Assembly (NCBI GenBank): GCA_963666205.1
Contig: OY762654.1
Span: forward strand, 896,001-960,000
Origin: Synergistales bacterium
Lineage (GTDB): Bacteria; Synergistota; Synergistia; Synergistales; JAFGMB01
Reading direction: 5' to 3'
Length of the DNA: 64,000 bases
The notes under the pieces were generated by a model. The model saw only the letters and a list, made by a program, of their open reading frames with translations, ran no database searches and was not told the DNA's origin. A program made the position numbers and the translations under genes. Below, in pieces: positions 30,232-40,353 of this stretch. Numbering within the stretch: the first letter of the stretch is position 1; every line of letters begins with the position of its first letter.

Positions 30232-31386
30232 TTGAAACGTACGGGTATTGCAGTATTAGTTCTTGCAGTGGTGTTGTGTTTGGGAGCAGGAGCGGCCATG
30301 GCAGCCGATACCGTCAAGATCGGTTACCTTGCTGCTCTTACTGGTGATTGGGCAGCCTATGGCCAGACCGAGGCAAATACAGCACAGCTTGCTGTCGAAG
30401 AGATAAACGCCCAGGGGGGGCTTTTAGGCAAGCAGGTTGAGCTGGTAGTTTACGATTTCCGCACCAGGGCTGAGGACGCTGTAAATGCTGTCAGGCGTCT
30501 GGCTGAAGAAGATAAGGTAGTCGGTATAGTGGGAGCCAACGGAAGCGGCATTAATATTGCTACAGCACCCCTTGTAAACAGGTACGGAATTCCCCAGATA
30601 GGGACTGTTTCTACTAACCCGTTAGTGACAGTTGACCAGAAGGGTAAGGTCCGTCCCTACTCTTTCAGAGTATGCTTTACCGATCCCTATCAGGGTAAAC
30701 TTATTGCTTATTTCTCAGCCATGGAACTGAAAAGAATGAATGCGGCAATCCTTTATGATGTGGGAAGCGATTATTCCCAGGGACTTCGAGAGTTCTTCAT
30801 GAAAAGCTACGGGGAATATGGCGGGAAAATGGTGGCCGATCTGGGTTTCAGAGGAGGCCAGGATGTTGATTTCCGCGCACAGCTGACCGAGATCCGGGAT
30901 AAAAAAGCCGATGTTCTTATCCTCCCGAACATGGGTAAGGAAATGGCTCTCATCATGAAACAGGCCCGTGAGCTTGGCATGGACGACATTATCTTCGTTG
31001 GTGGAGACGGCTATGCGGAATTCATGTGGGAGATCGCGGGAGACGCCATGGAGAATTCCTACTGGATAAACCACGTTAGCCCCGAAGACCCGGCAATGGC
31101 TCCTTTCTTTGCCTCTTACAAGGCGAAATACAACGATGAATGCAAAGAATTCGTCAACGGCATACTTGGTTATGATGGTATGTATCTGATGTTCGACGCC
31201 ATCAAGAGAGCTGGAAAAGCAGATCCCAAGCTTATCGCCAAGGCTCTTTCAGAGACAAAGGACCTTCAGCTCCATCACGCCGTTATTACTTTCGATGAAT
31301 TTCATAATCCCCTGGATAAAGACGGTATCATCATCGTAGCAAAAGATGGACATGGTCAGTTCTACATGAAGATCAAACCTGAATAG
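30232..31386 (+). CDS. livK: Branched-chain amino acid ABC transporter substrate-binding protein
   Basis: Signal peptide; LTG…EINAQGGLLGK, STNP, FRVCFTD; first gene of the liv operon. Confidence 0.9.
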   Translation: MKRTGIAVLVLAVVLCLGAGAAMAADTVKIGYLAALTGDWAAYGQTEANTAQLAVEEINAQGGLLGKQVELVVYDFRTRAEDAVNAVRRLAEEDKVVGIVGANGSGINIATAPLVNRYGIPQIGTVSTNPLVTVDQKGKVRPYSFRVCFTDPYQGKLIAYFSAMELKRMNAAILYDVGSDYSQGLREFFMKSYGEYGGKMVADLGFRGGQDVDFRAQLTEIRDKKADVLILPNMGKEMALIMKQARELGMDDIIFVGGDGYAEFMWEIAGDAMENSYWINHVSPEDPAMAPFFASYKAKYNDECKEFVNGILGYDGMYLMFDAIKRAGKADPKLIAKALSETKDLQLHHAVITFDEFHNPLDKDGIIIVAKDGHGQFYMKIKPE

Positions 31387-31471
31387 GAACTTCCAGGACC
31401 AGAAAGTTGTACTTAGCTGGGCGGGCGCGGGAAGTCCGTGCCCGCCCTTCTTCTGGAAAGAGGTGAACTGT

Positions 31472-32353
31472 TTGGATACCTTTTTGCAACAGACCATAAA
31501 CGGACTTTCTCTTGGTTCTGTTTACGCACTTATTGCCGTTGGTTATTCCCTTGTATATTCCATTCTGCTTTTTTCAAATTTTGCCCACGGCGGTTTTCTT
31601 GTTATAGGCGGTTACATTTGTTACTTCGCGCTTCGCTCACTGGGACTGAACATATGGATGGCAGGATTCATGTCCCTTATGGGAGCTGGTTTTTCAGCGG
31701 TACTTACAGAAAGACTGGCTTATAAACCGATCAGAGAAAGGACGAACGTAACTCTCTATCTTCTCATTGCATCAATGGGTATGAGCATAGTTATTGAGAA
31801 TATCTTTGTCATAGTGGTAGGAGGAAGGTTCAGGGCCCTCCCGCCGGTAATACCCACTCACCCTGTACATCTCTTCGGTCTTGCCACAACAAGTGCCTTC
31901 GATATCCTTTCGTTGCTGGCAGCAGTATTCTTTCTTGGAGCACTTCAGTTATTTCTTATAAAAACAAAGTGGGGACTGGCCATCAGGGCAGCAGCCTACG
32001 ATCTGAAAACTGCAGGCCTTATGGGGGTTAATGTCAACCTTCTCATTTCTATCGTATTTTTCGTCGCTGGTTTTCTTGCTGCAGTTGGAGGAATTTTCCT
32101 GTCAGTCAGATACACTCTTTATCCTCAGCTAGGAATGATAACCATAAAGGCTTTTGTAGCAGCTGTCATAGGGGGACTCGGCTCTCTTCCGGGCGCAGTA
32201 GTGGGAAGCCTGATCCTGGGCCTGGCAGAGATGTTGACAGCAGGCTTTATTTCCAGTCAGTTACGAGATATCGTTGTTTTTTCCCTTCTGATAATAACCC
32301 TGCTTATCCGTCCCCAGGGTCTTTTCGGGAAAAACGTCAGCGAAAAGGTATAG
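31472..32353 (+). CDS. livH: BCAA ABC transporter permease
   Basis: NGLSLGSVYALIAVG, NFAHG and GGLGS motifs. Confidence 0.92.
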   Translation: MDTFLQQTINGLSLGSVYALIAVGYSLVYSILLFSNFAHGGFLVIGGYICYFALRSLGLNIWMAGFMSLMGAGFSAVLTERLAYKPIRERTNVTLYLLIASMGMSIVIENIFVIVVGGRFRALPPVIPTHPVHLFGLATTSAFDILSLLAAVFFLGALQLFLIKTKWGLAIRAAAYDLKTAGLMGVNVNLLISIVFFVAGFLAAVGGIFLSVRYTLYPQLGMITIKAFVAAVIGGLGSLPGAVVGSLILGLAEMLTAGFISSQLRDIVVFSLLIITLLIRPQGLFGKNVSEKV

Positions 32354-32365
32354 GGGGTAAGAGGG

Positions 32366-33253
32366 ATGTCTGGCTATACTGAAGGGATAATTATCCTTCT
32401 CTGCATAAACGCCATTGCCGCTATGGGAGTTTCCCTCCTTACCGGTTTCACTGGTATATTCAGCCTCGGTCACGCAGCATATATGGCCGTAGGAGCATAT
32501 ACAACAGCTATTCTTACTGTAGAATACGGTGTTCATTACATTCCTGCCATTCTCCTGGGAGGAGCCATGGCGATGATCGTGGCATATGTCATAGGTGTAC
32601 CCACTCTCAAGCTTATGGGTGATTACTATGCCATCGCCTCAATAGGCCTTGGAGAAACGATAAGACTTATACTGGAAAACTGGCAGTCCGTAACCAGGGG
32701 AGCAAGAGGTTATCCTGGAATAGAGGGATATACAACTCTTTATGTATCTCTTGGATTCTTTGCGGTGATGGCTTTCGGCATGTTCAACCTCATTCACAGC
32801 CGTTTCGGGAGAGCCTTCAAAGCCTGTCGTGATGACTATATCGCGGCTTCACTTCTGGGTTTCAATACTTCGAGGTACAGGGTTTTAAGTCTTGTCCTGT
32901 CTGCTTTTTACTGCGGAGTAGCCGGTGCGCTCCTTGGCGGGTTTTTATCATTCATACAGCCCATCATGTTTGATATGATCAAATCAACGGAACTTACTTC
33001 TGTTGTTGTTTTCGGAGGACTGGGCTCCATGAGCGGGACCCTCATCGGTGCTTCAGTGATAACCCTTGTAACAGAACTGTTCAGACCCATTTCCCAGTAC
33101 CGGATGCTGATCTACGGAGCGGTACTTGTCATAATAATGGTCCTTCGTCCCGAAGGGATAATGGGGCAGTATGAGCTGGGACCCAGGTTTTTCAGGATGC
33201 TTAAAAAACGCTTTACAAAGGGAAGCTCAGTAAAAGAAGGTGAACCATCATGA
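32366..33253 (+). CDS. livM: BCAA ABC transporter permease
   Basis: GFTGIFSLGHAA, GRAFKA and RPEG motifs. Confidence 0.92.
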   Translation: MSGYTEGIIILLCINAIAAMGVSLLTGFTGIFSLGHAAYMAVGAYTTAILTVEYGVHYIPAILLGGAMAMIVAYVIGVPTLKLMGDYYAIASIGLGETIRLILENWQSVTRGARGYPGIEGYTTLYVSLGFFAVMAFGMFNLIHSRFGRAFKACRDDYIAASLLGFNTSRYRVLSLVLSAFYCGVAGALLGGFLSFIQPIMFDMIKSTELTSVVVFGGLGSMSGTLIGASVITLVTELFRPISQYRMLIYGAVLVIIMVLRPEGIMGQYELGPRFFRMLKKRFTKGSSVKEGEPS

Positions 33254-34041
33254 TGACTGCCACCCCCAAAAATATAGTTCTGGAACTGGACAACCTCAAT
33301 AAGTTTTTCGGTGGCGTCCATGCAGTCAGAGATATGACATTCACCATACGCAGGGGAGAGCTCGCTGGGCTAATAGGACCCAATGGTGCAGGAAAGACAA
33401 CGATCTTCAACCTTGTCACCGGAGTATATTCTCCTGACAGCGGTCATATCAATTTTCTGGGAGAGGACATCACTCCCCTCAAGTCTTTCCAGGTCATCAG
33501 GAAAGGGGTTGCCAGGACCTTCCAGAACCTCAGGCTTTTCCCACGCTCTACCGCCCTTGAAAACGTCATGGTAGCAATGCAGCAGCACCATGGTTATTCC
33601 TTTGGAGAAGCAATAACTCATATGGGGAGATGGGGCAAAAAAGAGAGGGAGATACATCTCAACAGCATGGATATTCTTGACCGTGTAGGGCTTGCTGACA
33701 GAGCACACCAGGAATCAGGTACTCTGCCCTATGGAATGCAGAGAAGACTTGAGATAGCTCGAGCTCTTGCTCTTGACCCCGAATTTCTTCTTCTGGATGA
33801 ACCAGCCGCTGGCATGAACCCGGAAGAGGTTAACGAGCTGAACGACCTTATTGTAGGCATCCATGAAGAATTCAGCCTGACCATTCTGGTAATAGAACAT
33901 CATATGGACCTTGTCATGGAAATATGCCCCCACATAATATGTATGAACTTCGGGGCCAAAATAGCTGAAGGCAATCCTGATGAGATACAGGAACATCCAG
34001 AGGTCCTCAAGGCATACCTTGGTGAGGAGGTGGAAGAATAA
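33250..34041 (+). CDS. livG: BCAA ABC transporter ATP-binding protein
   Basis: GPNGAGKT, RTFQN and LDEPAAG motifs. Confidence 0.93.
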   Translation: MMTATPKNIVLELDNLNKFFGGVHAVRDMTFTIRRGELAGLIGPNGAGKTTIFNLVTGVYSPDSGHINFLGEDITPLKSFQVIRKGVARTFQNLRLFPRSTALENVMVAMQQHHGYSFGEAITHMGRWGKKEREIHLNSMDILDRVGLADRAHQESGTLPYGMQRRLEIARALALDPEFLLLDEPAAGMNPEEVNELNDLIVGIHEEFSLTILVIEHHMDLVMEICPHIICMNFGAKIAEGNPDEIQEHPEVLKAYLGEEVEE

Positions 34042-34793
34042 TGGCTGCTCCAAAGGATAAACCTATATTGGAAATTAAAGACCTCCATGTAAGCTACGGA
34101 GCCATCAAGGCCCTGCGAGGAGTTTCCCTTCATGTTGAGGAGGGAGAGATAGTAAGTGTCATAGGAGCAAATGGAGCAGGTAAATCCACCTTAATGCAGG
34201 CCATTATGGCCCAGGTACCCAGGGAAGGCGGAGAGATTTACCTCAATGATGTTCCTCTTTCCAACAAAAGTTTCCAGGTAGTGTCCCAGGGGATAGCCCT
34301 GACTCCGGAGGGAAGGAAAGTCTTTGCTCCTCTCACTGTTTACGAGAACCTTATGATGGGAGCTTTTCCCCGTAAGGACAGGGGAAAAATACCAGAAGAT
34401 CTGACCTGGGTCTTCTCCCTTTTCCCCAGGCTGGAAGAAAGACGTGAACAGTATGCAGGAACCCTTTCTGGCGGAGAGCAGCAGATGCTTGCCATTGCCA
34501 GATCCCTCATGTCCAGGCCAAGGGTCCTTCTCCTTGACGAGCCGTCTCTTGGACTGGCTCCCATAATAATCAAGGATATTTTCAGAGAGCTGAAAAGGAT
34601 AAACCTGGAAGGAGTAACCATACTTCTGGTGGAACAGAATGCAAGACAGGCTCTTATCCTGTCGCACAGGGCTTACGTCCTTCAGACGGGTAATATAATT
34701 TTACAGGGAAAATCAGAAGATCTCCTGGCCAATCCAGAGATAGAAGCTGCTTATCTCGGAACCGGCAAAAAGAAAAAATCCAGGCTGCACTGA
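34041..34793 (+). CDS. livF: BCAA ABC transporter ATP-binding protein
   Basis: GANGAGKS, LSGGEQQM and DEPSLGLAP motifs. Confidence 0.93.
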   Translation: MAAPKDKPILEIKDLHVSYGAIKALRGVSLHVEEGEIVSVIGANGAGKSTLMQAIMAQVPREGGEIYLNDVPLSNKSFQVVSQGIALTPEGRKVFAPLTVYENLMMGAFPRKDRGKIPEDLTWVFSLFPRLEERREQYAGTLSGGEQQMLAIARSLMSRPRVLLLDEPSLGLAPIIIKDIFRELKRINLEGVTILLVEQNARQALILSHRAYVLQTGNIILQGKSEDLLANPEIEAAYLGTGKKKKSRLH

Positions 34794-34820
34794 AGCTACT
34801 TAAATTAAAACCAAATGTCC

Positions 34821-34865
34821 TTAACAACAGAGAGACGGAGTGGGAACCCGTCTCTCTGTTGTTAA
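34821..34865. terminator. Bidirectional terminator
   Basis: 18-bp inverted repeat TTAACAACAGAGAGACGG…CCGTCTCTCTGTTGTTAA. Confidence 0.8.
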
Positions 34866-34878
34866 ATCGTTGACTCTA

Positions 34879-35907
34879 TCAAGCAGATCTGACAAGCTGT
34901 TTCCGAGAAGAAGTGAAAAAAAGATTCCCCAGAAACTGCTCAGTTGCGCTGTTCCAGGACCTTTGTAAAGCAAAGTCCCTGCAATCCTGACGATCCAGGA
35001 ATAGGGCTCCTTCAATGGCTTCATGAAGGTTCTCTCTGAGACATCCCGTTCGCCCCTCAAGGATTATATCTTTCGGACCTGTAACAGGATATGCTGCAAC
35101 AGGAACTCCACAGGCAAGTGCTTCCAACATGACGATTCCAAAAGTATCTGTTCTGCTGGGAAAGACAAAAACATCTGCAGAGGAATATATATCGGCGAGG
35201 TCTGTGCCGAATCTGGGTCCAGTGAATACGACATCAGGATACTCTTTTTTGAGCAGTCCAAGGTCTGGACCATCGCCTACAACCATTTTTGTCCCTTGAA
35301 TATCAATATTCAGGAAATCTCTCAAGTTCTTTTCCACAGCCACACGACCTACATACAGATAGAGAGGTGATACTCCGCTTTCAACATAAGGTCTCCAGGG
35401 ATTGAAAAGCTCTGTGTCAACACCCCTTGACCAGAGGACAATGTTCTTGAAACCCTGTTTTTGAAGTTCTATTTCCATTGAATTGTTAGCTACCATGGTA
35501 GCAGAAGCAGCTCCATGGAACCACTTGAAATATCCATAGGAAACTGTAGAGGAAATGGGAAACCTCAAAGAGATATATTCAGGAAATCTGGTTGTGAAGG
35601 AAGTAGAGAAGGGAAACTGGTTAAGTACACACCATGTCCTGACCGCAAGACCTACTGGTCCTTCTGTAGTTATATGAATAGCATCAGGCTCGAACTCCCT
35701 GATCATCTTGCCCACAGGGGCAACTCCCCAGGCAAGTCGTATTTCGGGATAGGTTGGACATGGTAGAGACCAGAACCTTTCAGGTGAAAGGACAGAAACT
35801 TCATAGCCCTTTTCCTCAAGACACGCAATTGTATTTGTCAAAGTTCTTACTACCCCGTTGATCTGGGGTTCCCAAGCATCGGTCGCAATAAGTATTCTCA
35901 TCTTCAT
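34879..35907 (-). CDS. Glycosyltransferase family 4
   Basis: TDAWEPQINGVVRT, YVGRVAVEKN and DTFGIVMLEALACG motifs. Confidence 0.92.
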   Translation of the reverse strand: MKMRILIATDAWEPQINGVVRTLTNTIACLEEKGYEVSVLSPERFWSLPCPTYPEIRLAWGVAPVGKMIREFEPDAIHITTEGPVGLAVRTWCVLNQFPFSTSFTTRFPEYISLRFPISSTVSYGYFKWFHGAASATMVANNSMEIELQKQGFKNIVLWSRGVDTELFNPWRPYVESGVSPLYLYVGRVAVEKNLRDFLNIDIQGTKMVVGDGPDLGLLKKEYPDVVFTGPRFGTDLADIYSSADVFVFPSRTDTFGIVMLEALACGVPVAAYPVTGPKDIILEGRTGCLRENLHEAIEGALFLDRQDCRDFALQRSWNSATEQFLGNLFFTSSRKQLVRSA

Positions 35908-36054
35908 CTCTCCTGAAAGTTTTAGATTAAAGATAATATATTCGATCCTTCAGGAGACTAATATCGGGGAGCTAACGCTTGTTGTCAACGGGAATAACTT
36001 TTGTTTTACACTGCTGTTACAGCAATGTAACCCCTTAGTTACACTGGTGCTGGA

Positions 36055-36252
36055 TCAACCCCCTGCGACCATATGTATTGCCTGTACCGTAGCACCGTCA
36101 GGGATCTCAGTGGAATCAAAGACATCAGGATGAACGGGATTATCATTTATCCAGACAGCTATGAGAGGATAGGTCCACTTACGCTTCTGCAGCATTCCCC
36201 TCACGGTCATACCTTTTTCCCAATCCATATTATCTCCATTAACGATTATCAT
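36055..36252 (-). CDS. thiS: ThiS-family sulfur carrier protein
   Basis: MIIVNG…AGG C-terminus, 65 aa. Confidence 0.8.
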   Translation of the reverse strand: MIIVNGDNMDWEKGMTVRGMLQKRKWTYPLIAVWINDNPVHPDVFDSTEIPDGATVQAIHMVAGG

Positions 36253-36302
36253 ATAAAACACCATCCAGTTTTTTCAGTAATTATAATCTAAAACAAGAGA
36301 AT

Positions 36303-36340
36303 AAAAGAGGAGCTGCGGACTTTATCGACGCAGCTCCTCT
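36303..36340 (-). terminator. hut operon terminator
   Basis: AGAGGAGCTGCG…CGCAGCTCCTCT stem + T-run on the minus strand. Confidence 0.75.
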
Positions 36341-36359
36341 GGATCCCGAAGAAAGGATT

Positions 36360-38381
36360 CTATTCAAAAACTTTTCCAACTGTTTCTCTGACAAGATCCT
36401 CGTCGGCTATATATGGAATGGTAACGTGATTACCTTCATCTTTTCTATTGAAATCCAGCATCACTTCTATGGCATTCCCGCAGCGTCCCCATGCCCGCCT
36501 TGCAACTCCTCCCATGACATCCCACATCATGGCTGACCTGAGTATCTCATCTACCCTTTGGCTTCCATCAAGGACCATGCCGAAACCGCCGTTGATCACC
36601 TTGCCGATTCCCACTCCTCCACCGTTATGAAGGGTGACAAGGCTCATTCCCCTTGCCGCATTGCCGGCAAAGCACTGTGTGGCCATATCTGCCATTATGT
36701 TACTTCCATCCTTGATATTCGAAGTTTCACGGTAGGGTGAATCTGTCCCTCCCGTATCATGATGATCCCTGCCAAGCATGACGGGGCCAATCTCTCCCTT
36801 ACGGACCATCTCGTTGAACTTGAGGGCTATATCCCTTCTGCCTTCCGCATCCTGGTAAAGGATCCTCGCCTGGGTTCCCACAACAAGGGCATTCTTTTCA
36901 GCATCCCTTATCCATACATAATTGTCCCTGTCCTGGGGTCTCCTGCTGGGGTCTATACATTCCATGGCGGCATGATCGGTCTTCACCAGATCTTCATGGC
37001 GGCCGCTGAGACATACCCAGCGGAAAGGACCATAACCGTAATCGAAAAGAAGGGGACCCATTATGTCTTCCACATAGGACGGGAATATGAATCCGTCATG
37101 GGTGTCTTTTCCGTTTTTACATATCTCCGTTACCCCGGCGTCATAGACAGCCCTCAGAAAAGAGTTGCCGTAATCAAAGAAATAGGTACCCCGGTCCACC
37201 AGGGTTTTGATAAGTTCAAAATGTTTTTTCAGGCTCTGATCCACCAGGTCTGCAAATTTATCATGATCCTTGCTGATCATCTCTGTTCGTTCTTCAAAGG
37301 TAAGTCCCTGGGGACAGTAACCTCCATCATATACAGCATGACAGGACGTCTGGTCGGAGAGAAGCTCTATTGCTATATCCTTATCCACAGCATATTCCAG
37401 AAGATCCACTATGTTTCCATGATAGGCTATGGATACTGCTTCTTTCCTGTCCATGTACTCCCGGGCCATACGGAAAACCTCTTCCAGGTCAGAAGAGACC
37501 TTTGTCACCCAGCCCTGTTCATGCCTGGTCTGTATCCTGGAAAGGTCCACCTCTGCTATTATTCCCACTCCTCCAGAGATCTCGACGGACTTGGGCTGGG
37601 CTCCGCTCATCCCCCCAAGCCCTGATGATACGAACATATGGCCTGCCAGATCATCACCATCTGCCAGGTCCAGCTTCATTCTTCCTGCATTCAGAATCGT
37701 GTTGAAGGTTCCGTGGACTATACCCTGGGGACCTATGTACATCCATCCTCCTGCTGTCATCTGACCGTAGTTGGCAACTCCAAGCTGCATCGCCCGATGC
37801 CATTCCTTCTGGTTGTCAAAGATGCCTATCATAAGACCATTGGTGTTGATGACCCGCGGTGCATCGGGCTTCGACCTGAAAAGTCCAAGGGGATGTCCCG
37901 ACTCCACCACAAGGGTCTGATCCTCCGTAAGTTCCTCCAGGTATCTTTTAATAAGCTGGTACTGCATCCAGTTCTGGCATACCTGGCCAGTCTCTCCGTA
38001 GGTAACAAGTTCATAGGGATAAAGGGCAACATCAAAATCCAGGTTATTGTCTATCATCACCTGGAAAGCCTTGCCCGCAACACATCTGCCTTTGTATTCA
38101 TCTATGGGCCTGCCGTATATCCTGTTCCGGGGCCTGAAACGGTAACCGTATATTCGCCCTCTTGTCCGGAGTTCCTCCATGAATTCCGGGGCCAGTTCCT
38201 CGTGATATTCCTCGGGAATATAGCGAAGAGCGTTCTTCAGGGCTATTTCTGTCTCCTGACGGTTAAGGGTAAAACCCCTGTCAGGCGCCCGCCTGATCCC
38301 TTCCTCAAAAACTGCCCCTTCCCGAGGCACTTCTTCAAGCTTTATGGTCATGGCCTCCGATATGAATTTGTTCACTTCCAT
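36360..38381 (-). CDS. hutU: Urocanate hydratase (long form)
   Basis: GQMTAGGWMYIGPQGIVHG, SDQTSCH and GRDHHD motifs. Confidence 0.96.
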   Translation of the reverse strand: MEVNKFISEAMTIKLEEVPREGAVFEEGIRRAPDRGFTLNRQETEIALKNALRYIPEEYHEELAPEFMEELRTRGRIYGYRFRPRNRIYGRPIDEYKGRCVAGKAFQVMIDNNLDFDVALYPYELVTYGETGQVCQNWMQYQLIKRYLEELTEDQTLVVESGHPLGLFRSKPDAPRVINTNGLMIGIFDNQKEWHRAMQLGVANYGQMTAGGWMYIGPQGIVHGTFNTILNAGRMKLDLADGDDLAGHMFVSSGLGGMSGAQPKSVEISGGVGIIAEVDLSRIQTRHEQGWVTKVSSDLEEVFRMAREYMDRKEAVSIAYHGNIVDLLEYAVDKDIAIELLSDQTSCHAVYDGGYCPQGLTFEERTEMISKDHDKFADLVDQSLKKHFELIKTLVDRGTYFFDYGNSFLRAVYDAGVTEICKNGKDTHDGFIFPSYVEDIMGPLLFDYGYGPFRWVCLSGRHEDLVKTDHAAMECIDPSRRPQDRDNYVWIRDAEKNALVVGTQARILYQDAEGRRDIALKFNEMVRKGEIGPVMLGRDHHDTGGTDSPYRETSNIKDGSNIMADMATQCFAGNAARGMSLVTLHNGGGVGIGKVINGGFGMVLDGSQRVDEILRSAMMWDVMGGVARRAWGRCGNAIEVMLDFNRKDEGNHVTIPYIADEDLVRETVGKVFE

Positions 38382-38454
38382 CCAAAAAACCTCCCCATAG
38401 GATAAACTTCTATCCGTTTAAGACCGCCGGATAGAGAAATATCAACTTCAAGGA

Positions 38455-39090
38455 TCAATACTTTGTAAGGATATGCCGGATTGCAGATCTGATCTCCCCG
38501 TCCTCTTCTTCTATCTCCAGAAGCAGGCTATCCATACGTTCCTTCACTTTCTCCGTATAGGAAAGATCCTTGATACCTGCCAGGTTTATGCTGATATTAT
38601 ATGCTGCAGATTCTGCTCCTGACCGGGCAAGGAGTGCTGCAGTTCCTGCATCGGTGACAGCATTGGGATTACCGTCCCTGACCGCGGAAACTGCAAGGTG
38701 GATCAGTTTTACACATTCAGAAAGGGTGCGAAGGGGAATTTCAGTTGCCTTCTTCATGGCATTCTGCATCATTTCTCCTCTGATCTCTTTTTCCTCTACA
38801 GTATCCTTCGGCAGTTTGAGAGCCTCCATAAAGGTATTGAAGGCTATGGTATCCTCGTGCATCAGATCAAGAAATGTATTCACAAGTATCCTGCTTTCAT
38901 CTCTTATACGGGACATCTCGGCCCAGTGTTCCAGGTACTTCTCTCTTCCAACCGTAAGTCTTGATACCATGGTGACCAGGCCTGAACCAAGAGCTCCGGA
39001 AAGAGCAGCCACACTGCCTCCTCCTGGCGCAGGTGAGTCAGATGACAATTCATTGAGAAATTCCTTTATCGTAAGATCTGCGAGAGACAT
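38455..39090 (-). CDS. fchA: Formiminotetrahydrofolate cyclodeaminase
   Basis: SPAPGGGSVAAL and GNPNAVTD motifs; located in the hut operon. Confidence 0.9.
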   Translation of the reverse strand: MSLADLTIKEFLNELSSDSPAPGGGSVAALSGALGSGLVTMVSRLTVGREKYLEHWAEMSRIRDESRILVNTFLDLMHEDTIAFNTFMEALKLPKDTVEEKEIRGEMMQNAMKKATEIPLRTLSECVKLIHLAVSAVRDGNPNAVTDAGTAALLARSGAESAAYNISINLAGIKDLSYTEKVKERMDSLLLEIEEEDGEIRSAIRHILTKY

Positions 39091-39102
39091 ATTCCCACCT
39101 CC

Positions 39103-40353
39103 TCAGGCGACCAGTTCGCCAAGTTTATATACTGCCATTACCGGAGAGACCCCAGCATGGTAGGCCAGTATGGTGGGAGAATCTCCATCCAGAAGTAACA
39201 GGTCCGCCTGTTTGCCGGGTTCAATACTACCTACCCTGGCAGCCATTTCTATAGCATAAGCGCTGTTCAGAGTTGAAGCTACAAGGGCTTCTTCAGGTGT
39301 CATACCCATATTCATTACAGCCAGGCCGAAAACAAAGGGCATGGATTCTGTAAAACATGAACCGGGGTTACAATCGCTGGCCAGGCCAACGGGAACACCT
39401 CTTTCTATCATTTTCCTTGCAGGCGCATATTCTTTTCTCAGACTGTAGGCAGTTCCAGGAAGAAGATCAGCTATAACTCCAGACTCAGACATGGATGAGA
39501 TGTTATTTTCGTTGGCAGCAAGAAGATGTTCCGCTGAAATCGCACCAAGGACAGCGGCCAGCCCGGCACCTCCTGTATCAATGACCTCATCTGCATGGAT
39601 CTTTGCCTTGAAACCTGCTCTTATCCCGGCTTCAAGGATCCTTCTGCTCTGTTCCAGGGTAAATACTCCTTCTTCACAGAATACGTCTATAAAATGAGCT
39701 ATTCCCTGTTTTTTTACTTCAGGTAACATTTCCTCTACCACAAGATCAACGAAACTGTCGGGATCGCTCCTGAATTCCTCTGGCACAGCATGGGCTCCCA
39801 TAAAGGTAGGGATAACATCCAGTGGTGTTTCAAGACCTATGCGCCTTATAACCCTAAGCATCTTCAGTTCATTCTCCGTATCCAGACCATATCCGCTTTT
39901 TATCTCCACTGTGGTAGTTCCCATGGAAAGAGCGGACTCCACATTAGACAGGGTTGTCAGAAAAAGGTCCTCTTCTCCGCTGTCCCTGAGAGACCGGACA
40001 GAAGAAAGAATACCTCCCCCTCTCTTGTGGATCTCCATATAAGAAGCTCCTCTCAGGCGCATGGAAAATTCTTCCTCACGCCTGGATGCAAAACACATAT
40101 GGGTATGGGGATCGACAAATCCTGGTATCATACACATTCCTTCACAGTTAACTACCATATCGACCTTACCGTCACAGACAAGCTTCTTTATCCGTTCCTC
40201 TTCGCCAACCTCTTTAATTATCCCGTCCACACAGTATACGGATCCTCTTTCATAACTCTGTACCAGGCCCTGGTCTTTTCCGGATGACGGTTTTCCTTTA
40301 TCAATAGGAGTAACGATCCTGGCATTTACAAACAGTTTTTTTGACATCATCAA
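39103..40353 (-). CDS. hutI: Imidazolonepropionase
   Basis: PGFVDPHTH, EIKSGYGL, HADE and DCNPGS motifs. Confidence 0.95.
   Translation of the reverse strand: MMMSKKLFVNARIVTPIDKGKPSSGKDQGLVQSYERGSVYCVDGIIKEVGEEERIKKLVCDGKVDMVVNCEGMCMIPGFVDPHTHMCFASRREEEFSMRLRGASYMEIHKRGGGILSSVRSLRDSGEEDLFLTTLSNVESALSMGTTTVEIKSGYGLDTENELKMLRVIRRIGLETPLDVIPTFMGAHAVPEEFRSDPDSFVDLVVEEMLPEVKKQGIAHFIDVFCEEGVFTLEQSRRILEAGIRAGFKAKIHADEVIDTGGAGLAAVLGAISAEHLLAANENNISSMSESGVIADLLPGTAYSLRKEYAPARKMIERGVPVGLASDCNPGSCFTESMPFVFGLAVMNMGMTPEEALVASTLNSAYAIEMAARVGSIEPGKQADLLLLDGDSPTILAYHAGVSPVMAVYKLGELVA

Noticed and set aside
31419-31447. GC-rich hairpin after the liv binding-protein gene
   Set aside because: Typical mRNA-stabilising/stoichiometry hairpin of ABC operons
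34879-35907. Possible horizontal acquisition of the GT4 gene
   Set aside because: No flanking repeats, mobility genes or visible compositional shift
37638-38405. Long antisense ORFs over hutU (and similar ones over copA, lysK and the Na/Pi genes)
   Set aside because: Fully overlap well-supported genes on the opposite strand and show no protein-family motifs
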